From assembly GCA_002269645.1 (NCBI GenBank), contig NIVC01003448.1, forward strand, positions 33,136 through 97,135: DNA of 64,000 bases, in the 5' to 3' direction. The stretch is from Macrostomum lignano (taxonomy: Eukaryota). Numbering within the stretch: position 1 is the first letter of the stretch; every line of letters starts with the position of its first letter. Shown here in pieces: positions 12,257 to 31,740 of this stretch. The position numbers were made by a program, and so were the translations under genes. The notes beneath the pieces were generated by a model that saw nothing but the letters and a program-made list of their open reading frames with translations, ran no database searches and was not told the DNA's origin.

Positions 12257-13919
12257 ATCCTCGTCATTGCCATGCCATGAAAGAAACCATTTGTTGGCTA
12301 TTCTGTTCAGTTTTTTTAATGTAATGAATATGCTCAGTTTAACAATTTTTGTTTATTTCAAGCAAGCTATGATCATTTATATGAAAAATTACATGGGGAT
12401 TGTGAACCGAAATGTGGGTGGAAAAATGATTGTAAACTGAAGGAATGCCACTATGACTGTCTTATTAGGGTGGCCTAAGGCTAGGCCACTAAATGCCTCG
12501 TTATCGAAATTCTAGGCCTAATTGCTACTAGGCCTATACTTGTATTCAATGCAAAAGTTAACATGTTCTATGTCATATCACATTTTTGAGCTATTAGTTT
12601 TAGACTCTGTAAATAGTATATATCTGTAGGTTTTCTACATTTATTCTAATCTAATAGAGTTATCAAGTCATCAATCATTCATTTATATAAAGCATAGCAT
12701 AGGCCCTTAGTTTTTGCTAAATATATTGTAGGGCTTCTTATATTCTTGATATCCCACCCCTTAGTCACCAAAAGTTGTTGTAGGGCTGCTTGTTCTCACT
12801 GTAACTATCCTACTATTGCAGCCAAAAGCTTTCCTAAGGCTTTCTCTTCCTCTATTTATTATTTAGACCTATTCTTACTAAGTTGTAATAGGGGTGACTA
12901 TTTTATCAAGCTCACTTAGTCTTAATGTACTTTTGCATATACTTTTACTTGTTGGTAGCGTGACTACTTCTTTATCTACTTCTATGTTGGTAGCATCTAT
13001 TTGTCTTGTCTATTGGTAGCATTTGTATAGGTATTGTACCTCTAGCCTGAGCAGTCTAATTGCATTGCCTACTTTATTCTTACTCTTATAGAGGGTTTTT
13101 TCTTAGTCCAAGCATTCCCTAGATCAGAGGGTCACAGTCTACTTGCTGGGTATTCTGCCCTAAGGTGGATTTCTTGGACTCTGAGTCTGGATTATATACC
13201 ATTTGGTAAGTGTTCTGCCCTCTAAGGCGATTTACTGCTCTAAGGCAGTCCTCTTTAGACTACTAAGTAATTCTCACTTTCAGCGGTTTTCAATTCTCCC
13301 AATTTTGAGGTTTCTTAGTGCTCAAGAAATTAAATAAGCCGATTTGAACAATTGCTTAAAGATTTTAATTGTTTGTATGTTCAAGTTTGCTTGAGTTGCT
13401 TGAAGGCAAGGTTGCTCTTCTTGGCCCGCTCTAGGTATCTATTTATACTCTTTGCACAATATATTTAAATATATCCAATCTTGATTACAGAGGTGCATCC
13501 ACAACATTTAAACAAAAACTATACTAATTTCTTTTTTTCATAAATTCAAATACAGTATTTTCTAAGAAAAGTTTTTGTAATTAATATGTATAGGCCTACT
13601 GGAAGGTTTTCTATATAAAAAATGAGGTACACTACATCAAATGTTCAAGTAATTTGTTATAGATATAGTAATTATTCACTGTTGCCAAAATGCAATATTA
13701 AAATAAAAAATGCAATTTCAAAAACTGCTTGTTTATATCACCTTTGAAACTGACTATTCTAGAATCAACATAAACTAAAATGGTTTATGTTTAAATTTTT
13801 TAAATTTTTATTGTAATGATTTACTTTTTGTAGCTTTATAAACCATAAAAAATAAGGGTTAAAGGTCAAGGTGTGTGGCGAGGGAAGAATTTTAAGAAAC
13901 TAGGTGATTAATTTAGATT

Positions 13920-15250
13920 TGAGGCGGAAGGCCTTAATTAGTTCAATAGATAGAATGGCAGGGAAGATTCTGCACTGCGTTGCGTGTGTATTTATATAAT
14001 TATAACAAACAATGCAAGATTGAGGGGCCAAGGGAGGTGTGAAAAGGTGGCGTGGCGTGATTGGCTACGTCAACCCCCCCGGCTTAGCAAGCCGGCTAGC
14101 TTGGCGTACACCTACCCCACCTCAGCTAGACAGAGGTGGGGGGGGGTTTCCAGTGCGGCTGCACTGGTGCTGCCGGTCGCGTAGTCTGGCCACCACACAG
14201 CTCCCCCCAGCACCGAGCTAGGCCCCGAACATCGGGTGGTAGCCAAGGCCGCGAGAGTGCCAAGGAGTGGGCACCGAAAGCTAAGCGCCAAAGACCATGG
14301 AGCTGCTGAGGAGCGGGCACCAAAGACCGCAGGGGCGCAAGGCGGGTGCCAAAGGCGGCAGGGGTGCGAGGTGGGCGCCAAAGGTGGCAGGGGTGCAAGG
14401 CGGGTGCCGAAAGTGGCAGGGGCGCGAGGCGGGCACCAATGGCAGCAGGGCGCCGAGCAGGCGCCGATGGCAGCAGGGTGCCGAGCATGCGCCGACGGCA
14501 GCAAGGTGCCAGGTGGGCGCCAAAAGCAGCAGGTCGCCGAGCGGGCGCCGAAGGCAGCAGGGTATCAGGTGGGCGCCGAAGGCAACAGCAGGGCGCCAGG
14601 CGGGCGAAAAAAGCAACAGCAGGGGCGTATGGCCAGACCACACCCAAGGCAATCGACAGTCAGTTGCCGCCGTGAGCCAGGTCAATGCTCCTGCACAGAG
14701 GCTGGGGACGTTAGGCTAGTAGCAGCAGTGCAAACCTAAAATTTGCTGCAGCGTGTGGCGCTGGTTGGTCCAACGCGGGGGCCGAAAGGCAAGACACCAG
14801 GAGCTACCGGGGGGCGGGCTGACTTGGCCAATTCGTGCTGCAGGGTACTGCTGTGCTGCGGAGCTGTTGTGCTGCTGTTGCGGTCAGCCAAGGCGGTTGG
14901 CTACCAGGACTGCACAGGGCCAACAAGGTAGGCCCAGGTAGGCCCAGCATTCCGCGCTGGGAGTCGGGCTCACCAATGAGGCGGAAGGCCTTAATTAGTT
15001 CAATAGATAGAATGGCAGTGAAGATTCTGCACTGCGTTGCGCATGTATTTATATGATTATAACAAACAGTGCAAGATTAAGGGGCCAAGGGAGGTGCAAA
15101 AAGGTGGCGTGGCATGATTGGCTACACTAACCCCCCCAGCTTAGCAAGCCAGCTAGCTTGGCGCGCACCCACCCCACCTCAGCTAGACAGAGGCAGGGGG
15201 TTTCCAGTGTGGCTGCACTGGTGCTACCGGTCAGTAGTCTGGCCGCCATA
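13920..15250 (-). mobile_element. Miniature non-autonomous LTR retroelement (TRIM-like)
   Basis: Direct repeats 13920-14197 and 14977-15250 with TG/CA-type ends. TSD GATT (or TAGATT). PBS-like TTGGTGAGCCCGAC at 14976-14963. PPT-like GGGGGGAG next to the other LTR. No pol ORF. Confidence 0.85.
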
Positions 15251-16059
15251 GATTCCAGATTACCAAATGCAATTTTGATGCTTTAAAAACCTTGATTGAA
15301 AGGTTTATATATGTTAAAGTTTTTTTGTTTATCTACTAACTTTATATTCTATTTATCTTGCTTTTTATGTAGGAAATTCTCTAGAATATTGCCATAGACC
15401 AGAATAACAATGGTTAAATATTGTATTTATTTATAAAAAATTGTGTATGCACCTTATTACATTATAAAAAACAATGTCAAGCAACTAGTGCTAGGCATTA
15501 TTGCCCATTTTGCTAAGTCCCCTAGGCAGATATATGTAAGAGTGTACAGTGGTCTTGAATTTTCAATTGTCCAGCATATTCACATTGTGCCATGGCAACT
15601 TGGCCTTTAAAGGTATTAATTTCAAAAGGAGACTCAATCTAAGATTTTGTTAAGAAACAATTCCTTTTTCAGTTTTATAAATCGCCTTATTTGAGTAAAA
15701 TTGTCTTGGACAAAGATGGTTACTAAGAACCTATCTTTTAAAAATAAGGACCCAACAAAATAAAGCCATTGAAAAGTTAAAAGACATTCCCCTAGGGCCC
15801 TAAATTGAAATAATCCCCCCAATAGCAAGCACCCCAGATAGCAAGCATCCCCCCCAGATACCACATAAGAACTGAAATGTAAAACGCTGATAATACAGTC
15901 AACTATACAATGATCACCTTATAATAATTTATAGAGATTTAGTATATTTGGATTTAGTGTGAGTAAATTAGGGATTAATATTCTAAGAAGTGACAATCAA
16001 AATAAATATTTAACTTGCTCCATTCCTGCAGTTGCAACCCAATTAACACAATTGAAAAT

Positions 16060-22480
<6,421 letters not shown>

Positions 22481-22554
22481 GGATTGTTGACAAATCTTTT
22501 TGGTGATGGTTTTGATTACGTTTTATACTGCTATAATATTAGACGGTGTTAAAT

Positions 22555-22980
22555 TAGGTAGGCTATTAGACAGTCTGTTCTATTAGGCTATTAGACAGTC
22601 TGTTCAATTAGGTCATTAGACAGTCTGTTCAATTAGGCTATTAGACAGTCTGTTCAATTAGGCCATTAGACATTCTGTTCAATTAGGCTATTAGACAGTC
22701 TGTTCCATTAGGCTATTAGACAGTCTGTTCAATCAGGCTATTAGACAGTCTGCTCAATTAGGCTATTAGACAGTCTGTTCAATTAGGCTATTAGACAGTC
22801 TGTTCAATCAGGCTATTAGACAGTGTTCAATCAGGCTATTAGACAGTCTGTTCAATTAGGCTATTAGACCGGCTGTTCAATTAGGCCATTAGACAGGCTA
22901 TTCAATTAGGCCATTAGACAGGCTGTTAAATGAGGCCATTAGACAGGCTATTAGACAGTCTGTTCAATTAGGCTATTAGT
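22555..22980 (+). repeat. 25-bp minisatellite TTAGGCTATTAGACAGTCTGTTCAA
   Basis: Tandem array just 3' of the PK stop. Confidence 0.95.
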
Positions 22981-23469
22981 GTGATTAATCAATTTAGGCT
23001 CATTATTATTCTGTACTTGTGTAGTTTCTTCATAGATGAAGTTTTTACATTCTAGTGTCTCTATATCTGATTAATTACGTCGTATTTACTAGAACTAGTT
23101 TCAGATTAGAAAATTTGATTGTGTTAAAATGTGTAGTCAACTTCTTCAAATATTGATTACTTTTTTATTCTAAGTTTGCCGCTAAAATAATTCAATGATG
23201 CAAATAATTCAAAGGCAAATTTTTACAAGTTAATTAAAACTATTAAAGATACTCCGTAGATTCGGATTTACTAGAACTTTTCAACGTATCGGCAGACCCG
23301 GATTCCTGTCCAGCTATACAGGTAGTGTATTTTATTTTTTTAAATTCTAAGTTTAAATGTAACAAGTTTTTTTTTCCGAAAAATAATTTCAAAATTAGCA
23401 TTAAATAAATCAGTTGGACTTTCATCTTACAAAAAAAAAAATTTTGAAGTATTTTAATGTTTTCGATGC

Positions 23470-24140
23470 TTTTTTTATGTTCTGAAGTGGATGCTACAGT
23501 CCTAAATATTGTAGCTTAATAATGTAGGCTTAAAAAGACTAAATGATGTGGAGTGACTGGGCACCGCTGGTCAGCAGCCTCAGAACTCCACTGCCGCTGG
23601 TCAGCAGCCTCAGAACTCCACTGCCACTGGTCAGCAGCCTCAGAACTCCACTGCCACTGGTCAGCAGCCTCAGAACTCCACTGCCACTGGTCAGCAGCCT
23701 CAGAACTCCACTGCCACTGGTCAGCAGCCTCAGAACTCCACTGCCACTGAGCAGCAGCTTCGAAGATGTCACAAAATCGACGTCGCTCTGTTGTACACTG
23801 CTGCATTATCCGACACAGGTATTGGTATACAAAGCTGACAGTACGCTGGTATTCACAATCTTAAGCGAGTTAATTTCGATAATACTCGTACACTCGCCAA
23901 TCACTCAGCTCCATTCGTTGTGGCTCTGATAGACCGGCCATTTGGTGCAATGGACAACGTCTTGCAGAAAGTAATAATAAACACGTCTACTGACTTGTTG
24001 GACTTACAAGTACTCGTACTTGACATTCCGTGCCAATTCAAATTATCTACTGGTAATGCTGACAAACTTCTCAAAGGGACTGATGTTCACTTTTTGCAAC
24101 GAGATAGATAATGATTCTGTCAAGAACTGAATCTCATGAG
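23470..24140 (+). pseudogene. Otopetrin-like pseudogene fragment (C-terminal half) with an internal 30-bp tandem repeat at ~23567-23750
   Basis: Nucleotide similarity to 58850-59250 (gagcagcagcttcgaagatgtcacaaaatcgac vs gatcagcagcctcgaagaagtcacggaatcgac; gacattccgtgccaattcaaat in both). Contains stops and frameshifts. Confidence 0.8.
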
Positions 24141-24344
24141 AAGGCGCAAAGGTTACGGATATCCGCTGATGTTCGCCTCGAGCAGGGGCTTGGTACACTT
24201 GTCAATGGCGCAGATTTCGATTTGAGAACTCCCGAATCTTTTCGATTGCTGCTTCCATCTAGGGGGAGGCCGGCATTTGCCTCCTTGGGCTCTTAGGGTC
24301 CAGCGAGGGGTCCGTGTGCTCGTCTAGCATGGATTTAATGTTTG

Positions 24345-24600
24345 TTCAGTCCAATATCAACTGCCGATAATTCATCACTCGATTACGTTCTGCATGCTTG
24401 TTTGGGTCGATGCTCTCTCGAATCAGCCTCACCAAGATGCCGATTGTGCTCAGGTTGCATGCCAGCATCAGTGGTGTGCACTCGTGCGAGAATCGTGTCG
24501 ACACTCCTCCCACCGGCAATGAGGTTCTCCACCGCTTGCAAGTCGTCCGCTTCAATCGACTCGAAGACCTCTTTGTCAGCGGGCTCGGCTGGCTCAGAGT
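24345..24600 (-). pseudogene. Ankyrin gene 5' fragment (copy C)
   Basis: Similar to 40200-40420 (EVFESIEADDLQAVENLIAGGRSVDTIL); truncated and frameshifted. Confidence 0.8.
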
Positions 24601-24796
24601 TTTCGAGTTTAAATTCACAGGTGAAAATCATTTAATCGTCAGGTGAAAATCACTCAGAAACGATAAACCGAAATTTTTGTGTAGTGAGACGCCAGGGAGG
24701 CAACCATATAACCAAATATTTAACCATTCATAAAGTGCCTAATAAGGTTATGAGACGTGTTCTACTGCTTGTGTGCATCGCAAAACCTGGATTTCG

Positions 24797-24810
24797 GTTG
24801 CCATGGTAAC
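24797..24810. promoter_or_regulatory. RFX X-box-like palindrome GTTGCCATGGTAAC (copy C)
   Basis: Matches the X-box consensus GTNRCC(N0-3)RGYAAC; lies in the conserved upstream block of the ankyrin module. Confidence 0.5.
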
Positions 24811-25016
24811 GGTTAAAGACTCGATTAATTGCGATTCGCTATGTGGAGATAAAAATGAGGCCTCGCCCCACCCTACTAACAGTAGACTGAGATAAATGAA
24901 AATCTTTAAACTTTGACTGGCGCACCAGCGACTGCAGCACCTGAGGCTACTTGATGAGTTAAGATTACTTAAAGACTTGAGCATATTTATGCATTTGTAC
25001 AGTACGTGTATGTCAG

Positions 25017-28000
25017 CACAGATCTGTCAGTAGGGGATCTGTCAGTAGAGGATCTGTCAGCAGGGGATCTGTCAGTAGGGAATCTGTCTGTAGGGGGGAT
25101 CTGTCAGTAGGGGATCTGTCAGCAGGGGATCTGTCTGTAGGGAATCTGTCTGTAGGGGGGATCTGTCAGTAGGGGATCTGTCAGCAGGGGATCTGTCTGT
25201 AGGGGGGATCTGTCAGTAGGGGATCTGTCAGTAGGGGATCTGTCAGTAGGGGATCTGTCAGTCAGTAGGGGATCTGTCAGTAGGGGATCTGTCAGTAGGG
25301 GATCTGTCTGTCAGTAGGGGATCCGTCAGTCAGTAGGGGATCTGTCTGTCAGTAGGGGATCCGTCAGTCAGTAGGGGATCCGTCAGTCAGTAGGGGATCT
25401 GTCAGTCAGTAGGGGAACTGTCAGTAGGGGATCTGTCAGTCAGTAGGGGATCTGTCAGTCAGTAGGGGATCAGTCAGTAGGGGATCTGTCAGTCAGTAGG
25501 GGATCTGTCAGTCAGTAGGGGATCTGTCAGTCAGTAGGGGATCTGTCAGTAGGGGATCTGTCAGTAGGGGATCTGTCAGTCAGTAGGGGATCTGTCAGTC
25601 AGTAGGGGATCTGTCAGTAGGGGATCTGTCAGTAGGGGATCTGTCAGTCAGTAGGGGATCTGTCAGTCAGTAGGGGATCTGTCAGTAGGGGATCTGTCAG
25701 TAGGGGATCTGTCAGTCAGTAGGGGATCTGTCAGTCAGTAGGGGATCTGTCAGTCAGTAGGAGATCTGTCAGTCAGTAGGGGATCCGTCAGTCAGTAGGG
25801 GATCTGTCAGTAGGGGATCTGTCTGTCAGTAGGGGATCTGTCAGTAGGGGATCTGTCTGTCAGTAGGGGATCTGTCTGTCAGTAGGGGATCCGTCAGTCA
25901 GTAGGGGATCTGTCAGTCAGTAGGGGATCTGTCAGTAGGGGATCTGTCAGTCAGTAGGGGATCTGTCAGTAGGGGATCTGTCAGTCAGTAGGGGATCTGT
26001 CAGTAGGGGATCTGTCAGTCAGTAGGGGATCTGTCAGTAGGGGATCTGTCAGTCAGTAGGGGATCTGTCAGTAGGGGATCTGTCAGTAGGGGATCTGTCA
26101 GTCAGTAGGGGATCTGTCAGTAGGGGATCTGTCAGTAGGGGATCTGTCAGTAGGCGATCTGTCAGTAGGGGATCTGTCAGTAGGGGATCTGTCAGTAGGC
26201 GATCTGTCAGTAGGGGATCTGTCAGTAGGGGATCTGTCAGTCAGTAGGGGATCTGTCAGTCAGTAGGGGATCTGTCAGTCAGTAGGGGATCTGTCAGTCA
26301 GTAGGGGATCTGTCAGTCAGTAGGGGATCTGTCAGTCAGTAGGGGATCTGTCAGTCAGTAGGGGATCTGTCAGTCAGTAGGGGATCTGTCAGTCAGTAGG
26401 GGATCTGTCAGTAGGGGATCTGTCAGTCAGTAGGGGATCTGTCAGTCAGTAGGGGATCTGTCAGTAGGGAATCTGTCAGTAGGGGATCTGTCAGTCAGTA
26501 GGGGATATGTCAGTCAGTAGGGGATCTGTCAGTCAGTAGGGGATCTGTCAGTCAGTAGGGGATCTGTCAGTAGGGGATCTGTCAGTCAGTAGGGGATCTG
26601 TCAGTAGGGGATCTGTCAGTAGGGAATCTGTCAGTAGGGGATCTGTCAGTAGGAGATCTGTCAGTCAGTAGGGGCTCTGTCAGTAGCGGATCTGTCAGTC
26701 AGTAGGGGATCTGTCAGTAGGGGATCTGTCAGTAGGCGATCTGTCAGTAGGGGATCTGTCAGTAGGGGATCTGTCAGTCAGTAGGGGATCTGTCAGTCAG
26801 TAGGAGATCTGTCAGTCAGTAGGGGATCTGTCAGTCAGTAGGGGATCTGTCAGTCAGTAGGGGATCTGTCAGTAGGGGATCTGTCAGTCAGTAGGGGATC
26901 TGTCAGTCAGTAGGGGATCTGTCAGTAGGGGATCTGTCAGTCAGTAGGGGCTCTGTCAGTAGCGGATCTGTCAGTCAGTAGGGGATCTGTCGGTAGGGGA
27001 TCTGTCAGTAGGGGATCTGTCAGTAGGGGATCTGTCAGTAGGGGATCTGTCAGTAGTGCATCTGTCAGTAGGGGATCTGTCAGTAGTGCATCTGTCAGTA
27101 GGGGATCTGTCAGTAGTGCATCTGTCAGTAGGGGATCTGTCAGTAGGGGATCTGTCTGTCAGTAGGGGATCTGTCAGTAGGGGATCTGTCAGTAGGGGAT
27201 CTGTCAGTAGGGGATCTGTCAGTAGGGGATCTGTCAGTAGGGGATCTGTCAGTAGGGGATCTGTCTGTCAGTAGGGGATCTGTCAGTAGGGGATCTGTCA
27301 GTAGGGGATCTGTCTGTCAGCAGGGGATCTGTCTGTAGGGGGGATCTGTCAGTAGGGGATCTGTCAGTAGGGGATCTGTCAGTAGGGGATCTGTCAGTAG
27401 GGGATCTGTCAGTCAGTAGGGGATCTGTCAGTCAGTAGGGGATCTGTCAGTCAGTAGGGGATCTGTCAGTAGGGGATCTGTCAGTCAGTAGGGGATCTGT
27501 CAGTAGGGGATCTGTCAGTAGGGGATCTGTCAGTAGGGGATCTGTCAGTAGGGGATCTGTCAGTAGGGGATCTGTTAGTCAGTAGGGGATCTGTCAGTCA
27601 GTAGGGGATCTGTCAGTCAGTATGGGATCTGTCAGTAGGGGATCTGTCAGTCAGTAGGGGCTCTGTCAGTAGTGCATCTGTCAGTAGGGGATCTGTCAGT
27701 AGTGCATCTGTCAGTAGGGGATCTGTCAGTAGTGCATCTGTCAGTAGGGGATCTGTCAGTAGGGGATCTGTCAGTCAGTAGGGGATCTGTCAGTAGGGGA
27801 TCTGTCAGTCAGTAGGGGATCTGTCAGTAGGGGATCTGTCAGTCAGTAGGGGATCTGTCAGTAGCGGATCTGTCAGTCAGTAGGGGATCTGTCAGTCAGT
27901 AGGGGATCTATCAGTAGGGGATCTGTCAGTCAGTAGGGGATCTGTCAGTCAGTAGGGGATCTGTCAGTAGGGGATCTGTCAGTAGGGGATCTGTCAGTCA

Positions 28001-28180
28001 GTAGGGGATCTGTCAGTAGGGGATCTGTCAGTCAGTAGGGGATCTGTCAGTAGGGGATCTGTCAGTAGGGGATCTGTCAGTCAGTAGGGGATCTGTCAGT
28101 CAGTAGGGGATCTGTCAGTCAGTAGGGGATCTGTCAGTCAGTAGGGGATCTGTCAGTAGGGGATCTGTCAGTCAGTAGGG
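25017..28180 (+). repeat. 3.2-kb satellite of 15-bp GATCTGTCAGTAGGG and 19-bp (+GTCA) units
   Basis: Direct reading; same family at 44485-45038 (inverted) and 56285-57110. Confidence 0.97.
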
Positions 28181-28319
28181 TAATGTCAGAAGAGGGGATC
28201 TGCCAGTAGAGCAGATATTCTGCATAATTTTAGAGCTCATCACGAATCAGCTGAGCCAGACATACTACTTGTATTTGATCTCAAGCTCCCCAGCCCCACT
28301 GTACGCAAGAGCAGCTCTA

Positions 28320-28373
28320 CCCAGGCCAGCATTCCAGTCTCACCCGGTTGCCAAAGTGGCAAGAATAACAAAC

Positions 28374-28469
<96 letters not shown>

Positions 28470-29589
28470 TCACGTTGCAGCCCCGCAACGGCGAAACACG
28501 AGATGGAGGAGGGCGGGGGTTGATGGCGCACCCAGTCTCAGGCTCGGAGCAGTGCTGCAGCTGCTGCATAAGCTGGATCAATAATTGAATGGGGGCCACA
28601 TTTTGAGAGCTATTCGAGTGTCTGATAGCCCCGCATTACAATGGAAGCTGCAATAACTGGTGCAGCAATTAAAACCCAGAATTAATGAGCAGCACAGAGC
28701 CGCAGGGGCCACTCATGCGAAGCTCTGAGCCGTTTCGGTTCGCTGATTGTGTTGAATTGAAGTTTCTCTCAGCAGCCGCTCGAAGCCACTGAGTGCTTCA
28801 TCTCTATGCCTCATCTGTCAGAGGCTCTCATTGTTCCCGCTTATATTGTGAATTCAACCTTATGAATCTTTTTATATGCTGTTAAAGGTTCAGAAAAGTT
28901 GAATTTCTTTCCTGTCCATGCAGAGTGTTTGCGTATTCGTTGGTTTTTTGGTTTTAATCATAAAATATTGCTGGGTGGTGTGGCATGTTGCATTAGCAGA
29001 TGCTATTAAAATGCAGGGCATCGAATGTCAGTGTCAATAATCCTTTTAGGCTGAAAGAATTCAACTCTGTATGTATAACACATTTCTGGCTGCATAGCAT
29101 AACACATTTTTGTCTGCATGCCTGCATAACACACACGCCTGCATAACACACACGCCTGCATAACACACACGCCTGCATAACACACACGCCTGCATAAAAC
29201 ACACGCCTGCATAAAACACATGTCTGCAAAACACACACGCCTGCATAACACACACGCCTGCATAACACACACGCCTGCATAACACACACGCCTGCATAAC
29301 ACACACGCCTGCATAACACACACGCCTGCATAACACACACGCCTGCATAACACACACGCCTGCATAACACACACGCCTGCATAACACACACGCCTGCATA
29401 ACACACATGTTTGCATAACACACATGTCTGCATAACCCTATACATGTATGTTAGTAGGTCATCTATCAGTGTTTCAGGTCTGACGTTAAGGTGATATTCT
29501 GCATCATTTAGAAAGTTCATCAAGAATAATCCGAGCCCAGCCCAGCATTTTCAATCTCACCCGGTTGCCAAGTGGCAAGAATAACAAAC

Positions 29590-29651
<62 letters not shown>

Positions 29652-30480
29652 ACGTTGCTGTCCAGCTTCGGCGAAACACGAGATGGAGGAGGGCGGGGGG
29701 TTGATGGCGCACCCAGTCTCAGGCTCGGAGCAGTGCTGCAGCTGCTGCATAAGCTGCATCAATAATTGAATGGGCCAATTTTTAGAGCTTTTCGAGTGGT
29801 TGGACAGACTCGATTTAACAATGGAAGCTGCAATAAGTGCTTCATCAGTAGGAGCAATTACTGAGCAGCACAGAGCCGCAGCTCTGAGCTGTTTCGCTTC
29901 ACTGACCGTGTTGAATTGAAATTTCTCAGAGCAGTCGCTCGAAGCCACTGGGAAAGTGCTCAGCATCGGAGCGGAAAAACAACAACCTCTACTCGTCTCG
30001 ACCCCAGCAAGCCAAGCAGCCGACCTCAATGCCCAAAGGAAAATAACGAAGATGAGGTTTGAGAGCCAAACCAGCAGCTTGCGAACGCGTGACACAGAAG
30101 ACCCAAAGGTTGCTTTGCATTTGTGCCCATGCGCTCTCTTTAACTAGAAAATACACCCTGCCTTGAATAATATTCGGTGCTGTGAGCTTTGAGATGTGAG
30201 CCTCACTCATAATACGCCTTCAGAGGCCAAGTGTTTGTGAGAGTCTTTCTGACATGCAAGCAGAGAAGACAACAGGAAAATAAAACCTGTTGCTGCCCAT
30301 CTCTCGGGGGCTCTCGTTGTTCCAGCTTATTGTCAAATCTGTCCAATGAAGCAGTATTTCTTATATTACTTGAGTGCTTGCACATTCGTTAGTTTTTTCA
30401 TAATCATAAAATTTTCATAATAATATAATCATAAAATATTTCCTGATGGTTTGTTGCATTGGCAGGTGCCATCAATACCC
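28320..30480. repeat. Local tandem duplication (28320-29010 vs 29535-30480), each copy with a (CT)n tract
   Basis: Shared gcaagaataacaaacaac(CT)n...gagatggaggagggcgggggttgatggcgcacc...ctcgaagccactg. 17-bp array GCCTGCATAACACACAC at ~29118-29435 between the copies. Confidence 0.85.
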
Positions 30481-30829
30481 AGCCCATCGAATTTCTAGTT
30501 TATTATAGTAACTCTAAGTAAGGTTTAGAATATCTCAAAAATGTAAAATTAAGCAAGACCCGATACGCAGATGCAGTCATTCAAGATGCAGTCAGGTAAA
30601 CCTGGTTGCCATGCAATTAAAGCATTAACATCTGAGCCGCCACAGGTGCCTGGCTCCCCTGCATTGGCGGCAGAAGCTCAGCAGGTATGAAAAGCAATTG
30701 GCAAGAGTTGCAGAGGCTGAGCACTGCTCAGTGGCCTGCTATGGGCCTCTTCTGTCCATCTTTCTCTCTGTGTGCGTTGGGGCACTGCGGCTCTTCCTGC
30801 CTTATCTACCACTCTGACGGCCATCTCCC

Positions 30830-31740
30830 TCATTTATCTACCTCTTTGAATACCCCTCTCCCTCCCTAATCTACCTCTTTGAATACCCCTCTCCCTCCCT
30901 TATCTACCTCTTTGAATACCCCTCTCCCTCCCTAATCTACCTCTTTGAATACCCCTCTCCCTCCCTAATCTACCTCTTTGAATACCCCTCTCCCTCCCTT
31001 ATCTACCTCTTTGACTCTCCCTCTCCCTCCCTTATCTACCTCTTTGAATACCCCCTCTCCCTCCCTTATCTACCTCTTTGAATACCCCTCTCCCTCATTT
31101 ATCTACCTCTTTGACTCTCCCTCTCCCTCACTTATCTACCTCTTTGAATACCCCCTCTCCCTCCCTTATCTACCTCTTTGAATACCCCTCTCCCTCCCTT
31201 ATCTACCTCTTTGAATACCCCTCTCCCTCCCTTATCTACCTCTTTGAATACCCCTCTCCCTCCCTTATCTACCTCTTTGACTCTCCCTCTCCCTCCCTTA
31301 TCTACCTCTTTGAATACCCCTCTCCCTCCCTTATCTACCTCTTTGAATACCCCTCTCCCTCCCTTATCTACCTCTTTGAATACCTCTCTCCCTCATTTAT
31401 CTACCTCTTTGAATACCCCCTCTCCCTCCCTTATCTACCTCTTTGAATACCCGTCTCCCTCCCTTATCTACCTCTTTGACTCTCCCTCTCCCTCCCTTAT
31501 CTACCTCTTTGAATACCCCTCTCCCTCCCTTATCTACCTCTTTGAATACCCTTTTCCTCCCTTATCTACCTCTTTGAATACCCCCTCTCCCTCCCTTATC
31601 TACCTCTTTGAATACCTCTCTCCCTCCCTTATCTACCTCTTTGAATACCCCTCTCCCTCCCTTATCTACCTCTTTGAATACCCCCTCTCCCTCCCTTATC
31701 TACCTCTTTGAATACCCCTCTCTCTCCCTTATCTACCTCC
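30830..31740 (+). repeat. 33-bp minisatellite TATCTACCTCTTTGAATACCCCTCTCCCTCCCT
   Basis: Pyrimidine-rich tandem array. Confidence 0.95.

Noticed and set aside
12500-13900. Possible decayed coding sequence
   Set aside because: AT-rich and stop-rich with no recognisable motif.
14112-14941. Multiple GC-rich ORFs as gag
   Set aside because: No gag or pol motifs; they arise from internal GC repeats of the miniature LTR element.
16021-16031. Trans-splice acceptor upstream of the PK ATG
   Set aside because: TTCCTGCAG is a plausible acceptor, but cis versus trans splicing cannot be told from DNA.
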